Source of the DNA: Flavobacteriales bacterium
Lineage (GTDB): Bacteria > Bacteroidota > Bacteroidia > Flavobacteriales_F > PHOS-HE28
DNA: 64,000 nt
Direction of reading: 5' to 3'
Assembly (NCBI GenBank): GCA_041391845.1
Contig: JAWKNG010000005.1
Coordinates: 17,381 to 81,380 of the forward strand
Positions 20,435-29,548 of the stretch are shown here, piece after piece. A program made the translations under genes and the position numbers. How positions within the stretch are numbered: the stretch's first letter is position 1; every line of letters starts with the position of its first letter. Below the pieces are notes generated by a model. The model made no database searches, had not been told where the DNA came from, and was given only the letters and a program-made list of their open reading frames with translations.

Positions 20435-21136
20435 TCAAGCCAGCCCCAGCACCGCCCGAAAGCGTTTCGCGTAGCCCTCACTGATGGGCAGGTGCGTGCC
20501 CGCAAGCACCACATGGTCCCGCTCCACGCGCTCGATGGCATGCAGGGCCACCATGTGCGAGCGGTGGATACGGCAATAGCGGTCGGCAGGCAGGCGCTGC
20601 TCCAGGTCGCGCAGGTTCTCCAGGCTCAGGATACGGCCCTTGCTGCGTGTATGCACCGCCACGTAGTCGCGCATGGCGGAGATGTGCGTGACATCCGCGT
20701 GGTCGATGCGCAGCACCTCGTGGCCGCTCTTCAGGAAGAAGTGGTCTGCTGCGTTCTGCTCGGGTGTAGTGCTGGAACGTGTGCGCAGCTTCTCCACCGC
20801 CACGAGGAAACGCTCGTAGCGCACGGGCTTCAGCAGGTAGTCCACCACGGCCAGCTCGAAGCCATCGATGGCATGTTCGCTGTAAGCGGAAGAGATGATG
20901 AAGCGGCACTTGCCCTGCGCCAGCTTGATCAGCTGCAGGCCGCTGAGCTCGGGCATGCGGATGTCAGTGAACACCACATCGATATCGCCTTCCTCCAGCC
21001 TGCGGAAGGCCGCTATGGCATCCGTTCCGGAGAACGCGTTGACCAGACCGGGCGTGCGCTGCACGTAGCCCACCAGCACTTCCACCGCCAAGGGTTCATC
21101 ATCCACCACCAGACAGCGCAGCGCTTCCATGCTCAC
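20435..21136 (-). CDS. LytTR-family two-component response regulator
   Basis: The REC domain has a phospho-acceptor Asp in VVFTDIRMP. The C-terminal LytTR DNA-binding domain reads VLRIDHADVTHISAMRDYVAVHT. Confidence 0.85.
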   Translation of the reverse strand: MSMEALRCLVVDDEPLAVEVLVGYVQRTPGLVNAFSGTDAIAAFRRLEEGDIDVVFTDIRMPELSGLQLIKLAQGKCRFIISSAYSEHAIDGFELAVVDYLLKPVRYERFLVAVEKLRTRSSTTPEQNAADHFFLKSGHEVLRIDHADVTHISAMRDYVAVHTRSKGRILSLENLRDLEQRLPADRYCRIHRSHMVALHAIERVERDHVVLAGTHLPISEGYAKRFRAVLGLA

Positions 21137-22209
21137 GAAAGGGGGAAGATAAGTTCTGCCGTATAGCGGTGGTCCGCATCGCTCCGGAAGGAAACCGATG
21201 CCCGGGTACCGAACAAGAGCTCCAAGCGTCTTTGTAGGTTGTGGTTGCCCGTGGGCGCCGATCGATCACCGGCCTGTGTGCCGATGCGGTTGGTGCAGGT
21301 GACGCGCATCCGATCACCCTCCTGCGTGATGCTCAAGTGGAGCGGCAGCTGTGCATCGCAGGGCTCGCCGTGCTTGAAGGCGTTCTCAAGCAGGGGCAGC
21401 AGGAGCATGGCGGGGATCCGCGCGCTGCCCAGGGCATCCTTCACCTCGATCGCGATGTTCAGCGGACGATCGTAGCGCAGGGCCTGCAACGCGATGAAAC
21501 GTTCCACCTGTTGCAACTCCGTGCTGATGGGGACGAATTCGTCCTGGTGCTTCGCGATGTAGCGCATCAGATCGGCGAGGTCCATGAGCGCGGGGCCAAG
21601 GTCGGTGCCGGGACGTTGCGACAGCGCGTAGAGATTGTTGAGCGTGTTGTAGAGGAAGTGCGGTGCCATGCGGGCGCGCAACATGTCCAGTTCGCTGAGG
21701 CGCTCCCGGTAGGCCAGTTCCGTGCGTTGCTGGTGCAGCACCACGTGTTGCTCCACGAAGTAGACCAAGGTGGCGAAGCCGATGGGCAGCAGGGCATAGA
21801 GGATGTTGTCCAACGCGAAGGACAGAAAGCCTACATCCTCCTGATAATTGGAGGCAAAGCCAAGCATGGGCAACAGCCCTTGGTCGCCGGTCCAGCGCAG
21901 GATGAAAAAGAGGACCATGCAGGCGAGCGCACCGACAAGTACCCGCAGCACCGTATTGCTGGAGCGCAGTACGTACCGCAACACGAGCAGGTGCATGGTC
22001 CCGGCAGTGAGCATGTGGTAGCTCGCGAACAGCAACGGATACGGCCGCTCGGTGAAGGAAGCATCGCCCGTGCGCAGCCACCAGATCACGTTGGCTCCGA
22101 AGCCCATCAGCACACCGAAGCCCACATGCAGCATCACGGCGGCGATGCTGCGGAAATGCCCATCGGGTGCGAAGAGCGGCGAGCGGGAAACGTGTACGGC
22201 GCTGGACAT
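21133..22209 (-). CDS. Sensor histidine kinase (LytS/His_kinase family), membrane-bound
   Basis: N-terminal TM helices. H-box HFLYNTLNNLYALS. HATPase_c region with LLPLLENAFKHG. It overlaps the downstream response-regulator gene by 4 nt. Confidence 0.8.
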   Translation of the reverse strand: MSSAVHVSRSPLFAPDGHFRSIAAVMLHVGFGVLMGFGANVIWWLRTGDASFTERPYPLLFASYHMLTAGTMHLLVLRYVLRSSNTVLRVLVGALACMVLFFILRWTGDQGLLPMLGFASNYQEDVGFLSFALDNILYALLPIGFATLVYFVEQHVVLHQQRTELAYRERLSELDMLRARMAPHFLYNTLNNLYALSQRPGTDLGPALMDLADLMRYIAKHQDEFVPISTELQQVERFIALQALRYDRPLNIAIEVKDALGSARIPAMLLLPLLENAFKHGEPCDAQLPLHLSITQEGDRMRVTCTNRIGTQAGDRSAPTGNHNLQRRLELLFGTRASVSFRSDADHRYTAELIFPLS

Positions 22210-22396
22210 GACCAGGCAACGAAGCTATCACGGTGGTCCGCGCGCGGTGCGATGCGATCGGCGGATCGCCCGTTCCGTTCTGCGAACGCCTTGCAGGACC
22301 TTCATGCCCTTCTGCCGATCAGCGGGTGATCTCGCCGATCCAGTTCCATGAGTGCAGCGCTGTGGCAATAGCCTTGTGGTATCAATACGGACCACC

Positions 22397-23266
22397 ATGC
22401 GCACCACCGAACTTATCGTAGTCGCGGCCCTGCTGCTCAGCACATCATCACTCTCCGCGCAAGGCACCATGCCCGATCCGGACAGCATCCTCATTGCCAA
22501 CGACGCACTTCCGCAGGTGCTGCTTCTGGGCACCTTCCACTTCGGCTACCCCGACCTGGATGCGCACGTTACCGCCGAGGACGACCGTGTGGATGTGCTA
22601 TCGCCGCAGCGGCAGCGAGAGTTGAACGAGCTGTTGGATGTGGTGATGCGCTTCAAGCCGAACAAGCTCTGCGTGGAGACCCAGGGTGGCTGGCTGATGC
22701 ACGAGTACCACGAATACCGGCGCGGAGAACGCAAATTGGGCCGCAACGAGTTCTACCAGATCGGCTTCCGCATGATGGATCGTGCCAAGCTGGATACGAT
22801 GTATGCGGTGGATGCTTTCCCCTTGGTGATGGACCTGTACAACAGCCCGGACAGCCTACGCTACACGCCATGGCTGGACAGTCTTTTCCAGGGATGGGAC
22901 TTCGGCGGCGAGGACAGGATCTCCCAGCGGTACACGGACTGGTATACGGCCACGGACAAGGCCAAGAAGCACAACACCATGCTGGAGATCTTCCTGGCCA
23001 TGAACGATGATCATGCGCTCGACCGGGGTTACGGCGCGTACCTCAACGGCTATTTCAAGCTGCCGGGGCACCGCGGGGCGGATGTGCATGCCCTGCATTG
23101 GTACAGCCGCAACCTGCGGATCTTCCGCAACATCCAGGACATCACCACCGGGCCGGAGGACCGCATCCTGGTGGTGTTCGGCGCAGGGCACATGGGCATC
23201 CTGAAGCACTTGTTCGAGAGCACACCGGAATACAAGTTGGTGCGCCTGAAGGACCTGGTGCCGTAA
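22397..23266 (+). CDS. DUF5694-like (TraB/GumN/Tiki-superfamily-like) secreted protein
   Basis: Signal peptide, then the LLLGTFHFGYPDLD motif typical of this family. The assignment rests on motif memory only. Confidence 0.5.
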   Translation: MRTTELIVVAALLLSTSSLSAQGTMPDPDSILIANDALPQVLLLGTFHFGYPDLDAHVTAEDDRVDVLSPQRQRELNELLDVVMRFKPNKLCVETQGGWLMHEYHEYRRGERKLGRNEFYQIGFRMMDRAKLDTMYAVDAFPLVMDLYNSPDSLRYTPWLDSLFQGWDFGGEDRISQRYTDWYTATDKAKKHNTMLEIFLAMNDDHALDRGYGAYLNGYFKLPGHRGADVHALHWYSRNLRIFRNIQDITTGPEDRILVVFGAGHMGILKHLFESTPEYKLVRLKDLVP

Positions 23267-23294
23267 TGCGCTGCCGCCGCTTAGCTTCGCTTCC

Positions 23295-24140
23295 ATGAGC
23301 GAGGCCATCCCGTGCAAGAGCTGCGGTAACGCGGTGAGCGGCCTCTACTGTACGGCCTGTGGGGAAAAGACCCTCACGCCCGATGACCATACGCTGAAGC
23401 ACTACTTGGGCGCGCTGCTCAACGCCTTCACCTTCGCCGACAGCAAGCTGTGGAACACGCTGAAGGCCGTGGTGCTGCGCCCGGGCGAGCTGAGCGCAGC
23501 CTACATGGACGGGCGCCGCGTGAAGTACATGCGGCCGGTGGCCTTCTTCTTCCTCGCCAACTTCATCTACTTTCTGGCACCGGTGTTCGAGACCTTCAAT
23601 ACGCGCCTGAACAGCCAGATGCATTACCTCGCCCACAGCAGCTGGGTGAAGGCGAAGGTGGAAAGGAGCCTTGCTGCCACAGGTCGGACATTGGAGGAGT
23701 TCACTTCCCTGTACGAGCCCGCTTCCAGCAACAATGCCAAACTGCTGCTTGTGGTGATGGTGTTCGTCCTGTTCGTTCCGATCTGGATCATCTTCTTCGG
23801 TAAGCGAACATACTTGAGCGCCTACGTGACGGCGGCCTTCGAGATGATGGCCTTCCATGTATGGGTCACCACCATTGCGCTTGGTCTCCTTTTCGCTATG
23901 GTGATCCTCATGCTGCGGACCGCAGGGGTGGAACTCACAGGTGCAATGACCGACACCTACACCCAGTGGCCGGCCCTTGCCTTGCATTTGTGGGTGACGA
24001 TCGGCATCGGGCGGCGATTTTTCGGGTGCTCTCTGGCGGGATCCATCTGGCGTTCACTGGCCATGTTGTTCGGTTTGCAGGTTGCACTCTCGGCCTATCG
24101 TATCCTGCTCTTCAGCCTCACGTTCTGGCAGGTCGGTTAG
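23295..24140 (+). CDS. DUF3667-family protein, paralogue 2
   Basis: MSEAIPCKSCGNAVSGLYCTACGEKTL, then TM helices. It has the same architecture as the 18681-19436 protein. Confidence 0.65.
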   Translation: MSEAIPCKSCGNAVSGLYCTACGEKTLTPDDHTLKHYLGALLNAFTFADSKLWNTLKAVVLRPGELSAAYMDGRRVKYMRPVAFFFLANFIYFLAPVFETFNTRLNSQMHYLAHSSWVKAKVERSLAATGRTLEEFTSLYEPASSNNAKLLLVVMVFVLFVPIWIIFFGKRTYLSAYVTAAFEMMAFHVWVTTIALGLLFAMVILMLRTAGVELTGAMTDTYTQWPALALHLWVTIGIGRRFFGCSLAGSIWRSLAMLFGLQVALSAYRILLFSLTFWQVG

Positions 24141-24150
24141 TCCTTCCCGT

Positions 24151-24166
24151 TGCACCGACCGGTGCA
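24151..24166. promoter_or_regulatory. Perfect 7-bp inverted repeat TGCACCG-AC-CGGTGCA
   Basis: Seen directly in the sequence, 10 nt after the DUF3667 stop. The 2-nt spacer suits a protein-binding palindrome better than a hairpin. Confidence 0.2.
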
Positions 24167-24325
24167 TGCCACAGCATTTCCGTCGCGACCCGGTGCTACT
24201 GCCCACCACATTCCTGTATGCCCGCTTGCCACCGATCCATGCGCTCTTAAGCAGCATGGACCAAGGGATCGGGTGTGATGTTCGTCATGGATCGGGTGTC
24301 GTAATTCGCCAGCTTTGCGCCCGAT

Positions 24326-24721
24326 ATGCGCCGTACCCAGCGACCGATCCGGGTGTTGCTCAGCCTATGGCTGGTATCCTCGCTGCTCTTCGGTCTGCTT
24401 TTGCCCAGCGCGGTGGTGGTACACTTCCAGGTGAAGCGGGCCGAGATCATCGCCACCCGCTGCGTGGAACGCGCCAAGCCGATCGAGCGCAACTGCTGCA
24501 AGGGCAGTTGTCAGTTGAAGAGGGAGTTGAAGAAGGCCAGCGCTGCAACGGATACGCCCACCGCGCCACCCCGGCTGGAACCTTACGCACCCGTCGCTTT
24601 CTTGCCGCTCACGGCCGTACAGTGGATCCACGTGGTGCATACCACTGCACAGCCCCCTTTCAGGGTGGCCTTGTGTGAAGGGTACCCCATTGCCACAGAG
24701 CACGTGCCCTGGCAGGGTTGA
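24326..24721 (+). CDS. Hypothetical small membrane-anchored Cys-rich protein
   Basis: N-terminal TM/signal (VLLSLWLVSSLLFGLLLP) and a CxxxxxxxxNCCKGSC segment. GC3-rich codon usage. It is weakly supported as a real gene. Confidence 0.3.
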   Translation: MRRTQRPIRVLLSLWLVSSLLFGLLLPSAVVVHFQVKRAEIIATRCVERAKPIERNCCKGSCQLKRELKKASAATDTPTAPPRLEPYAPVAFLPLTAVQWIHVVHTTAQPPFRVALCEGYPIATEHVPWQG

Positions 24722-24831
24722 AGACCTCACTGACCGCTGCTGTGGACCATGTCCACGGCCGGCATCGTACGTGCACAGGGCAGCTTCCCGCTCGAATGTG
24801 CGTTCCTTCAACCTGATGTTCCTGATCGTAC

Positions 24832-25566
24832 ATGAACCACAAGACCATCGTACCGATGGCAATGGCGGTCGTTCTGCTAAGCGGCTGCTGGAAGGATGGT
24901 GAAGTTCCGCCGAGCACCGGTAGCAGCGTCGCCCTGCGTGTACGCTTCGAACTGCACTGCGACGGGCTACCCTACCATCCCGACAGTGTGTACCGCGACG
25001 GTTTCGGCACCCGCGTTCGCATCGCGCAATTCCGCACCGGACTGATCGGGGCCACCGTGCTGGATGACGAAGGCATGCACCTGGGTCAATGGCCTGAGGC
25101 CGTATTTCCGTTGGATGCGCAGCAACCCGAGGTCGGAGTTGTCCTGACCGGACCCACTGCCGGCGAAGCCCATTACCTTGACGCCCGCCTGCTGATGAGT
25201 GGCGACCAGCCTCCAGGGCTGTTCGACAGCTTGTGGGTGAATACGGATGCAGGAGGCTTTCTGGCCGTGCTGGACCTGCGTGGCATTGTGGACAGCAACA
25301 GCAATGGGCTCATCGACCCGGACGATGCCCCTTTTCGGATCGCCGTACCGGCGCCACCTGAGGAAGAGCGCATGCTGATACACGCCCACGCCACCATTCC
25401 GGCTGATGGGAGCGGTGAACTGCTGGTGCCCGTGAACCTGCGCGCCCTTCTTCATGACATCGACCTACCGGACCAACCCATCACCATCGGCTCAGGACCC
25501 TACGCTACCCAGGCCATGAACAACCTCCGTACCAGGGTGTGGGGGGAGGACAACAAACCCAGATGA
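24832..25566 (+). CDS. Hypothetical lipoprotein
   Basis: Lipobox VLLSGC. 244 aa; I recognised no domain. Confidence 0.55.
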   Translation: MNHKTIVPMAMAVVLLSGCWKDGEVPPSTGSSVALRVRFELHCDGLPYHPDSVYRDGFGTRVRIAQFRTGLIGATVLDDEGMHLGQWPEAVFPLDAQQPEVGVVLTGPTAGEAHYLDARLLMSGDQPPGLFDSLWVNTDAGGFLAVLDLRGIVDSNSNGLIDPDDAPFRIAVPAPPEEERMLIHAHATIPADGSGELLVPVNLRALLHDIDLPDQPITIGSGPYATQAMNNLRTRVWGEDNKPR

Positions 25567-25624
25567 TCACCTCACCGACCGCCAGGCGGCAACACAACAG
25601 CCCTTCCGTTCGTTCCTTCGCAGC

Positions 25625-27010
25625 ATGCTGATCACCGAAGCGTTGCTGCCCCGCCTGCATGCCTTGCGCGCGCATCATGCCAATGGCGCCCTGCGCACCC
25701 TTGATGCACGACGCCGGGCTCTAAGGGACCTGCGCACAGCGTTACGCCGCCACGAGGAAGCACTGTTGGCCGCGTTGCACGCTGACATGCGCAAGCCTCG
25801 CTTCGAGGGATATCTGGCGGATGTGGCGCTGGTACACAGCGAATTGGAGCACACCCTGCGACACTTGGCGGAATGGATCCGACCGCAGCATCCACCGACG
25901 CCACTGAGCCTGCAACCTGCGCGCAGCACACTGCTGCTTGAGCCCTTGGGTGTAGTGCTCATCATCGCCCCGTGGAACTATCCCGCGCAACTGGTGCTCA
26001 ATCCGCTCATTGCTGCACTGGCCGCAGGCAACTGTGCCGTGGTGAAGCCCAGCAACGAGACCCCGCACACCGCTGCCGTGGTGGAGCGCATCCTCACCGA
26101 AGCCCTGCCGCAGGAAGTATTGGTGGTGCAGGGACCAGGCAAGTTGGTGGGTGAACGGCTCATCACTCCGTTCCGTTTCGATCACATCTTCTTCACTGGC
26201 AGTCCGGCGGTGGGGCGGGAGATCATGGCCCTCGCCGCACCGCACCTTACGCCGGTCACCTTGGAGCTCGGCGGAAAGAGCCCGGCCATCGTGGACCGCA
26301 GGGTTGATGTGGAGCGGGCCGCAGAACGCATCACCTGGAGCAAGTTCTTCAACGCCGGGCAGACCTGCATCGCGACGGACCATGTGCTGGTACACAGCGC
26401 TGTGCAGCAACGCTTCCTGGCCGCAGTGCAACGCAGCATTCAGCGTTACTATGGCACCGATCCGCAGCGCAGCCCGGACTATGCGCGCCTGGTGAACGAT
26501 CGACGCTTCCACACCGTGAAGGGCTACCTGAGCGAAGGCACTGTGTTCGTAGGCGGCACCAGTGATGAAGGCGAGCGTTACATCGCCCCTACAGTGCTCA
26601 CGGAGGTGCCGCCACAAGCGCGATGCATGCAGGAGGAGATCTTCGGACCGGTGATGCCCGTGCTTCCCTGGACCGAACGCGAAGAGGTGCTGGCACAGGT
26701 GGCGCGCAACCCCCAGCCACTAGCAGCTTACATCTTCAGCAGCGACCGCAAGGCCCAGCGGTATTTCACCGAACGCATCGCGTTCGGCGGTGGTTGCATC
26801 AACCACTGCATGCTGCATTTTGGCCACGCCGAACTTCCCTTCGGTGGCGTTGGCACCAGCGGCATGGGCCGTTACCACGGCAGACAGGGTGTGCAGCTCT
26901 TCAGCAACCAGAAGGGGGTGGTGCAGGCCAGCACGCTCATTGAGCACGGCCTTCAACACCCCCCGTACAGCCGGTGGAAAGAGCGCGTGCTGCGGTGGGT
27001 GGTCGGGTGA
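25625..27010 (+). CDS. Aldehyde dehydrogenase, class 3-like (NAD(P)+)
   Basis: APWNYP, ELGGKSP and GQTCIATD motifs; 461 aa. Confidence 0.85.
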   Translation: MLITEALLPRLHALRAHHANGALRTLDARRRALRDLRTALRRHEEALLAALHADMRKPRFEGYLADVALVHSELEHTLRHLAEWIRPQHPPTPLSLQPARSTLLLEPLGVVLIIAPWNYPAQLVLNPLIAALAAGNCAVVKPSNETPHTAAVVERILTEALPQEVLVVQGPGKLVGERLITPFRFDHIFFTGSPAVGREIMALAAPHLTPVTLELGGKSPAIVDRRVDVERAAERITWSKFFNAGQTCIATDHVLVHSAVQQRFLAAVQRSIQRYYGTDPQRSPDYARLVNDRRFHTVKGYLSEGTVFVGGTSDEGERYIAPTVLTEVPPQARCMQEEIFGPVMPVLPWTEREEVLAQVARNPQPLAAYIFSSDRKAQRYFTERIAFGGGCINHCMLHFGHAELPFGGVGTSGMGRYHGRQGVQLFSNQKGVVQASTLIEHGLQHPPYSRWKERVLRWVVG

Positions 27011-27054
27011 CCTTTGTCACGGACTCCCCCCGCGCATCATGGGACCTTCGCACC

Positions 27055-28650
27055 ATGAAGCGTTCCTTCGCCATCCTCCCACTGCTGCTGCTGGGCAGCC
27101 AATTCCACGCACAAGACCTCGGCGATCGCCGGTTGGTGCTGCAGGAGATCACGATCCCGGGTATGCCCGGCATCCAGTCCTTCGCCTGGGGCCAGCATGA
27201 GGGGGAATGGCTCTTGCTCGGCGGGCGGACCGATGGTCTTCACCGCCGGCAACCCTTCGCGGCCTTCCTTGCGGAGGACAACAACACCACGGCCTATGTG
27301 GTGAACGCCACTACCGGCCAGGTGTGGAACGCTCCGATGGCAACACTCCCGGTGGGGTTGTTCGAGCAGCTCCAGTGCACGAACATGGAGTACGAACAGC
27401 GCGGCAACACCTTGTACATCATTGGCGGTTACGGATTCTCCCCCACGGCCAATGACCACATCACCCATTCCAAGCTCACGGCCGTTGACGTTCCTGGGGC
27501 CATCACGGCCATCAAGACGGGCGGCTCCCTCGCCCCCCACTTCCGGCAGATCAGCGATGCCCGCATGGCCGTGACCGGCGGCTACCTGGGCCTGTTGAAC
27601 GATGAGTTCTACCTGATCGGTGGTCAGCGGTTCATGGGTCGTTACAATCCCATGGGGCCTGACTTCGGTCCGGGTTTCGTACAGGAATACACCAACGCCA
27701 TTCGCCGCTTTCGGATCGCCGATGATGGAACGTCCTTATCCTTGATCGACTTCGTGGAGACGGTGGACACTGCGAACCTGCATCGTCGGGACTACAATCT
27801 GGTATACCAGATCTTCCCCGGAGGTGCCACGGGGTTCACGGCGTTCAGCGGTGTGTTCCAGTACGACGTTGACCTGCCCTGGCTCAATTCGGTCGACATC
27901 ACATCGGAAGGGTACACAGTGGTACCGGACTTCGAACAGTTGCTGAACCAGTACCACACGGCGCACCTTCCCGCCTGGTCCGCCACGCAGGCCAGCATGA
28001 GCACGGTCTTCTTCGGCGGCATCGGCCAGTACTACTTCGATGGCAACGGGCAGTTGTGGAACGATGAGAACGTTCCGTTCGTGAACACCATCAGCAGGGT
28101 GCGTCGCGCCTCGGATGGCGGAATGAGCGAGGTGGCCATCGGCAGCATGCCGGCCCTGCTGGGTGCGGGCGCGGAATTCATCATCGAACACGACGTACCG
28201 CAGCTCGAAGGCGGGATCCTGGACCTTGACGCCCTGAGCGGCGATACAGTGGTGGCGGGTCATATCGTGGGTGGCATCACGAGCAGTGCGGCGAACATCT
28301 TCTTCGTGAACACGGGTACGCAGAGCGATGCCAGCACGCGGGTGTTCCGGGTGCTTCTCGTGCGAGATATCACCACCGGTACTTCAGAGCCCACTCGCAC
28401 CGCAGCGCCCCTGCGCGCATGGACCGGGGATGCTGACCAATTGGTGGTGGAAACGAACGTGGCTGAGGCAGGCCTGGCAGAAATGGTGCTGCTCGATAGC
28501 AGTGGACGCCAGGTGCGCACCCTCTTTGCTGCACGGATGCCTGCCGGTACGCAACGCCTCCACAGCCCGGCCAAGGACCTTGCCGCCGGACGCTATGTGG
28601 TGGAGCTCCGGATCAACGGCCAACGCTGGACGACCAACTACGTGCGTTAG
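27055..28650 (+). CDS. Kelch-repeat beta-propeller protein with T9SS C-terminal sorting domain
   Basis: Signal peptide MKRSFAILPLLLLGSQFHAQD. Kelch-like repeats (LYIIGGYGF, YLIGGQRF). C-terminal ~80 aa resemble a por-secretion tail (GRYVVELRINGQRWTTNYV). Confidence 0.65.
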   Translation: MKRSFAILPLLLLGSQFHAQDLGDRRLVLQEITIPGMPGIQSFAWGQHEGEWLLLGGRTDGLHRRQPFAAFLAEDNNTTAYVVNATTGQVWNAPMATLPVGLFEQLQCTNMEYEQRGNTLYIIGGYGFSPTANDHITHSKLTAVDVPGAITAIKTGGSLAPHFRQISDARMAVTGGYLGLLNDEFYLIGGQRFMGRYNPMGPDFGPGFVQEYTNAIRRFRIADDGTSLSLIDFVETVDTANLHRRDYNLVYQIFPGGATGFTAFSGVFQYDVDLPWLNSVDITSEGYTVVPDFEQLLNQYHTAHLPAWSATQASMSTVFFGGIGQYYFDGNGQLWNDENVPFVNTISRVRRASDGGMSEVAIGSMPALLGAGAEFIIEHDVPQLEGGILDLDALSGDTVVAGHIVGGITSSAANIFFVNTGTQSDASTRVFRVLLVRDITTGTSEPTRTAAPLRAWTGDADQLVVETNVAEAGLAEMVLLDSSGRQVRTLFAARMPAGTQRLHSPAKDLAAGRYVVELRINGQRWTTNYVR

Positions 28651-28880
28651 TCCAGCACCTTCTCCCCCCGTTTGGGGCGGAGGGCGTCGCGCAGGGTGCG
28701 AAAGTCGGTCTCGTCACATTCCACCGTGGCCACCACACGTATGGGGTGGGCGGTGGTCCAATGCCGGTGACCGCCGATGCCTTCGCGGGCACAGAACTCG
28801 TCCACGTGCTTCAGGAAGTGCTCGGCGGTGGTAGGTGCATCAGGACCGAAGAAGTCCCAGTGCAAACGGATGCGTGACAT
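28647..28880 (-). CDS. Hypothetical small protein (77 aa)
   Basis: MSRIRLHWDFFGPDAPTTAEHFLKHVDEFCAREGIGG... I recognised no family. Its start codon abuts or overlaps the divergent LysE gene start. Confidence 0.35.
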   Translation of the reverse strand: MSRIRLHWDFFGPDAPTTAEHFLKHVDEFCAREGIGGHRHWTTAHPIRVVATVECDETDFRTLRDALRPKRGEKVLD

Positions 28881-29538
28881 GCTATTGTACCGCAAATTTG
28901 CAGTGTTGGACGCCTTGTTGCTATTCGCGGTCGCCACGGTGGCCAGTTTCATCGGTTCGCTGCAGGCGGGTGTGGTGAACACGGCAGTGCTGGCGCACAC
29001 GATCAAGTGGGGCCGGCACGCAGGGCGGCGCATGGCCATCGGCGGGGCGATCCCCGAACTGGTGTATGGCGCGGTGGCCTACGTGGGCGCGGGCTGGCTA
29101 GCTGATACCCTGGACATGGGCGGGCGTGGTATCACGCTGGTGGTGGCTGCCATCCTGCTGGTCCTTGGCGGCTACTTCCTGTTCCTCTATCACCCCCGTC
29201 CAGCGGCGATCGGCGAGGACAAGCTCACAGGTGACCTGCGCCGGGGCATGCTATTGGGCTTCGCCAATCCCCAGTTGCTGCTGTTCTGGTGCGGCGTGCG
29301 GCTGCTGGTGGGCTCCTGGCAGGTGGACACCGAAGGCCTGCTGGCGGTGCTGTCGTTCGGGGCGGGCGCGTTCACCGGCGCCATCATCCTGCTGATGCTC
29401 CTTGTGCGGATGGGCGATAAGGCACAGCAGAAGCTATCACCGTCCGGACTGCGGCGGCTCTTCAAAGGCATCGGCGCGCTGCTGCTCATCAGCGGTGTTT
29501 ACGCGGCATTGCGCGCGATGGATTGGCTTCCCAGCTGA
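28879..29538 (+). CDS. LysE/RhtB-family amino-acid exporter-like membrane protein
   Basis: Six predicted TM segments with LysE-like N-terminus (LLFAVATVASFIGSLQAGVVNTAVLAHTI). The start is uncertain; ATG 28870 is an alternative. Confidence 0.65.
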   Translation: MLLYRKFAVLDALLLFAVATVASFIGSLQAGVVNTAVLAHTIKWGRHAGRRMAIGGAIPELVYGAVAYVGAGWLADTLDMGGRGITLVVAAILLVLGGYFLFLYHPRPAAIGEDKLTGDLRRGMLLGFANPQLLLFWCGVRLLVGSWQVDTEGLLAVLSFGAGAFTGAIILLMLLVRMGDKAQQKLSPSGLRRLFKGIGALLLISGVYAALRAMDWLPS

Positions 29539-29548
29539 AGCGGGACCC

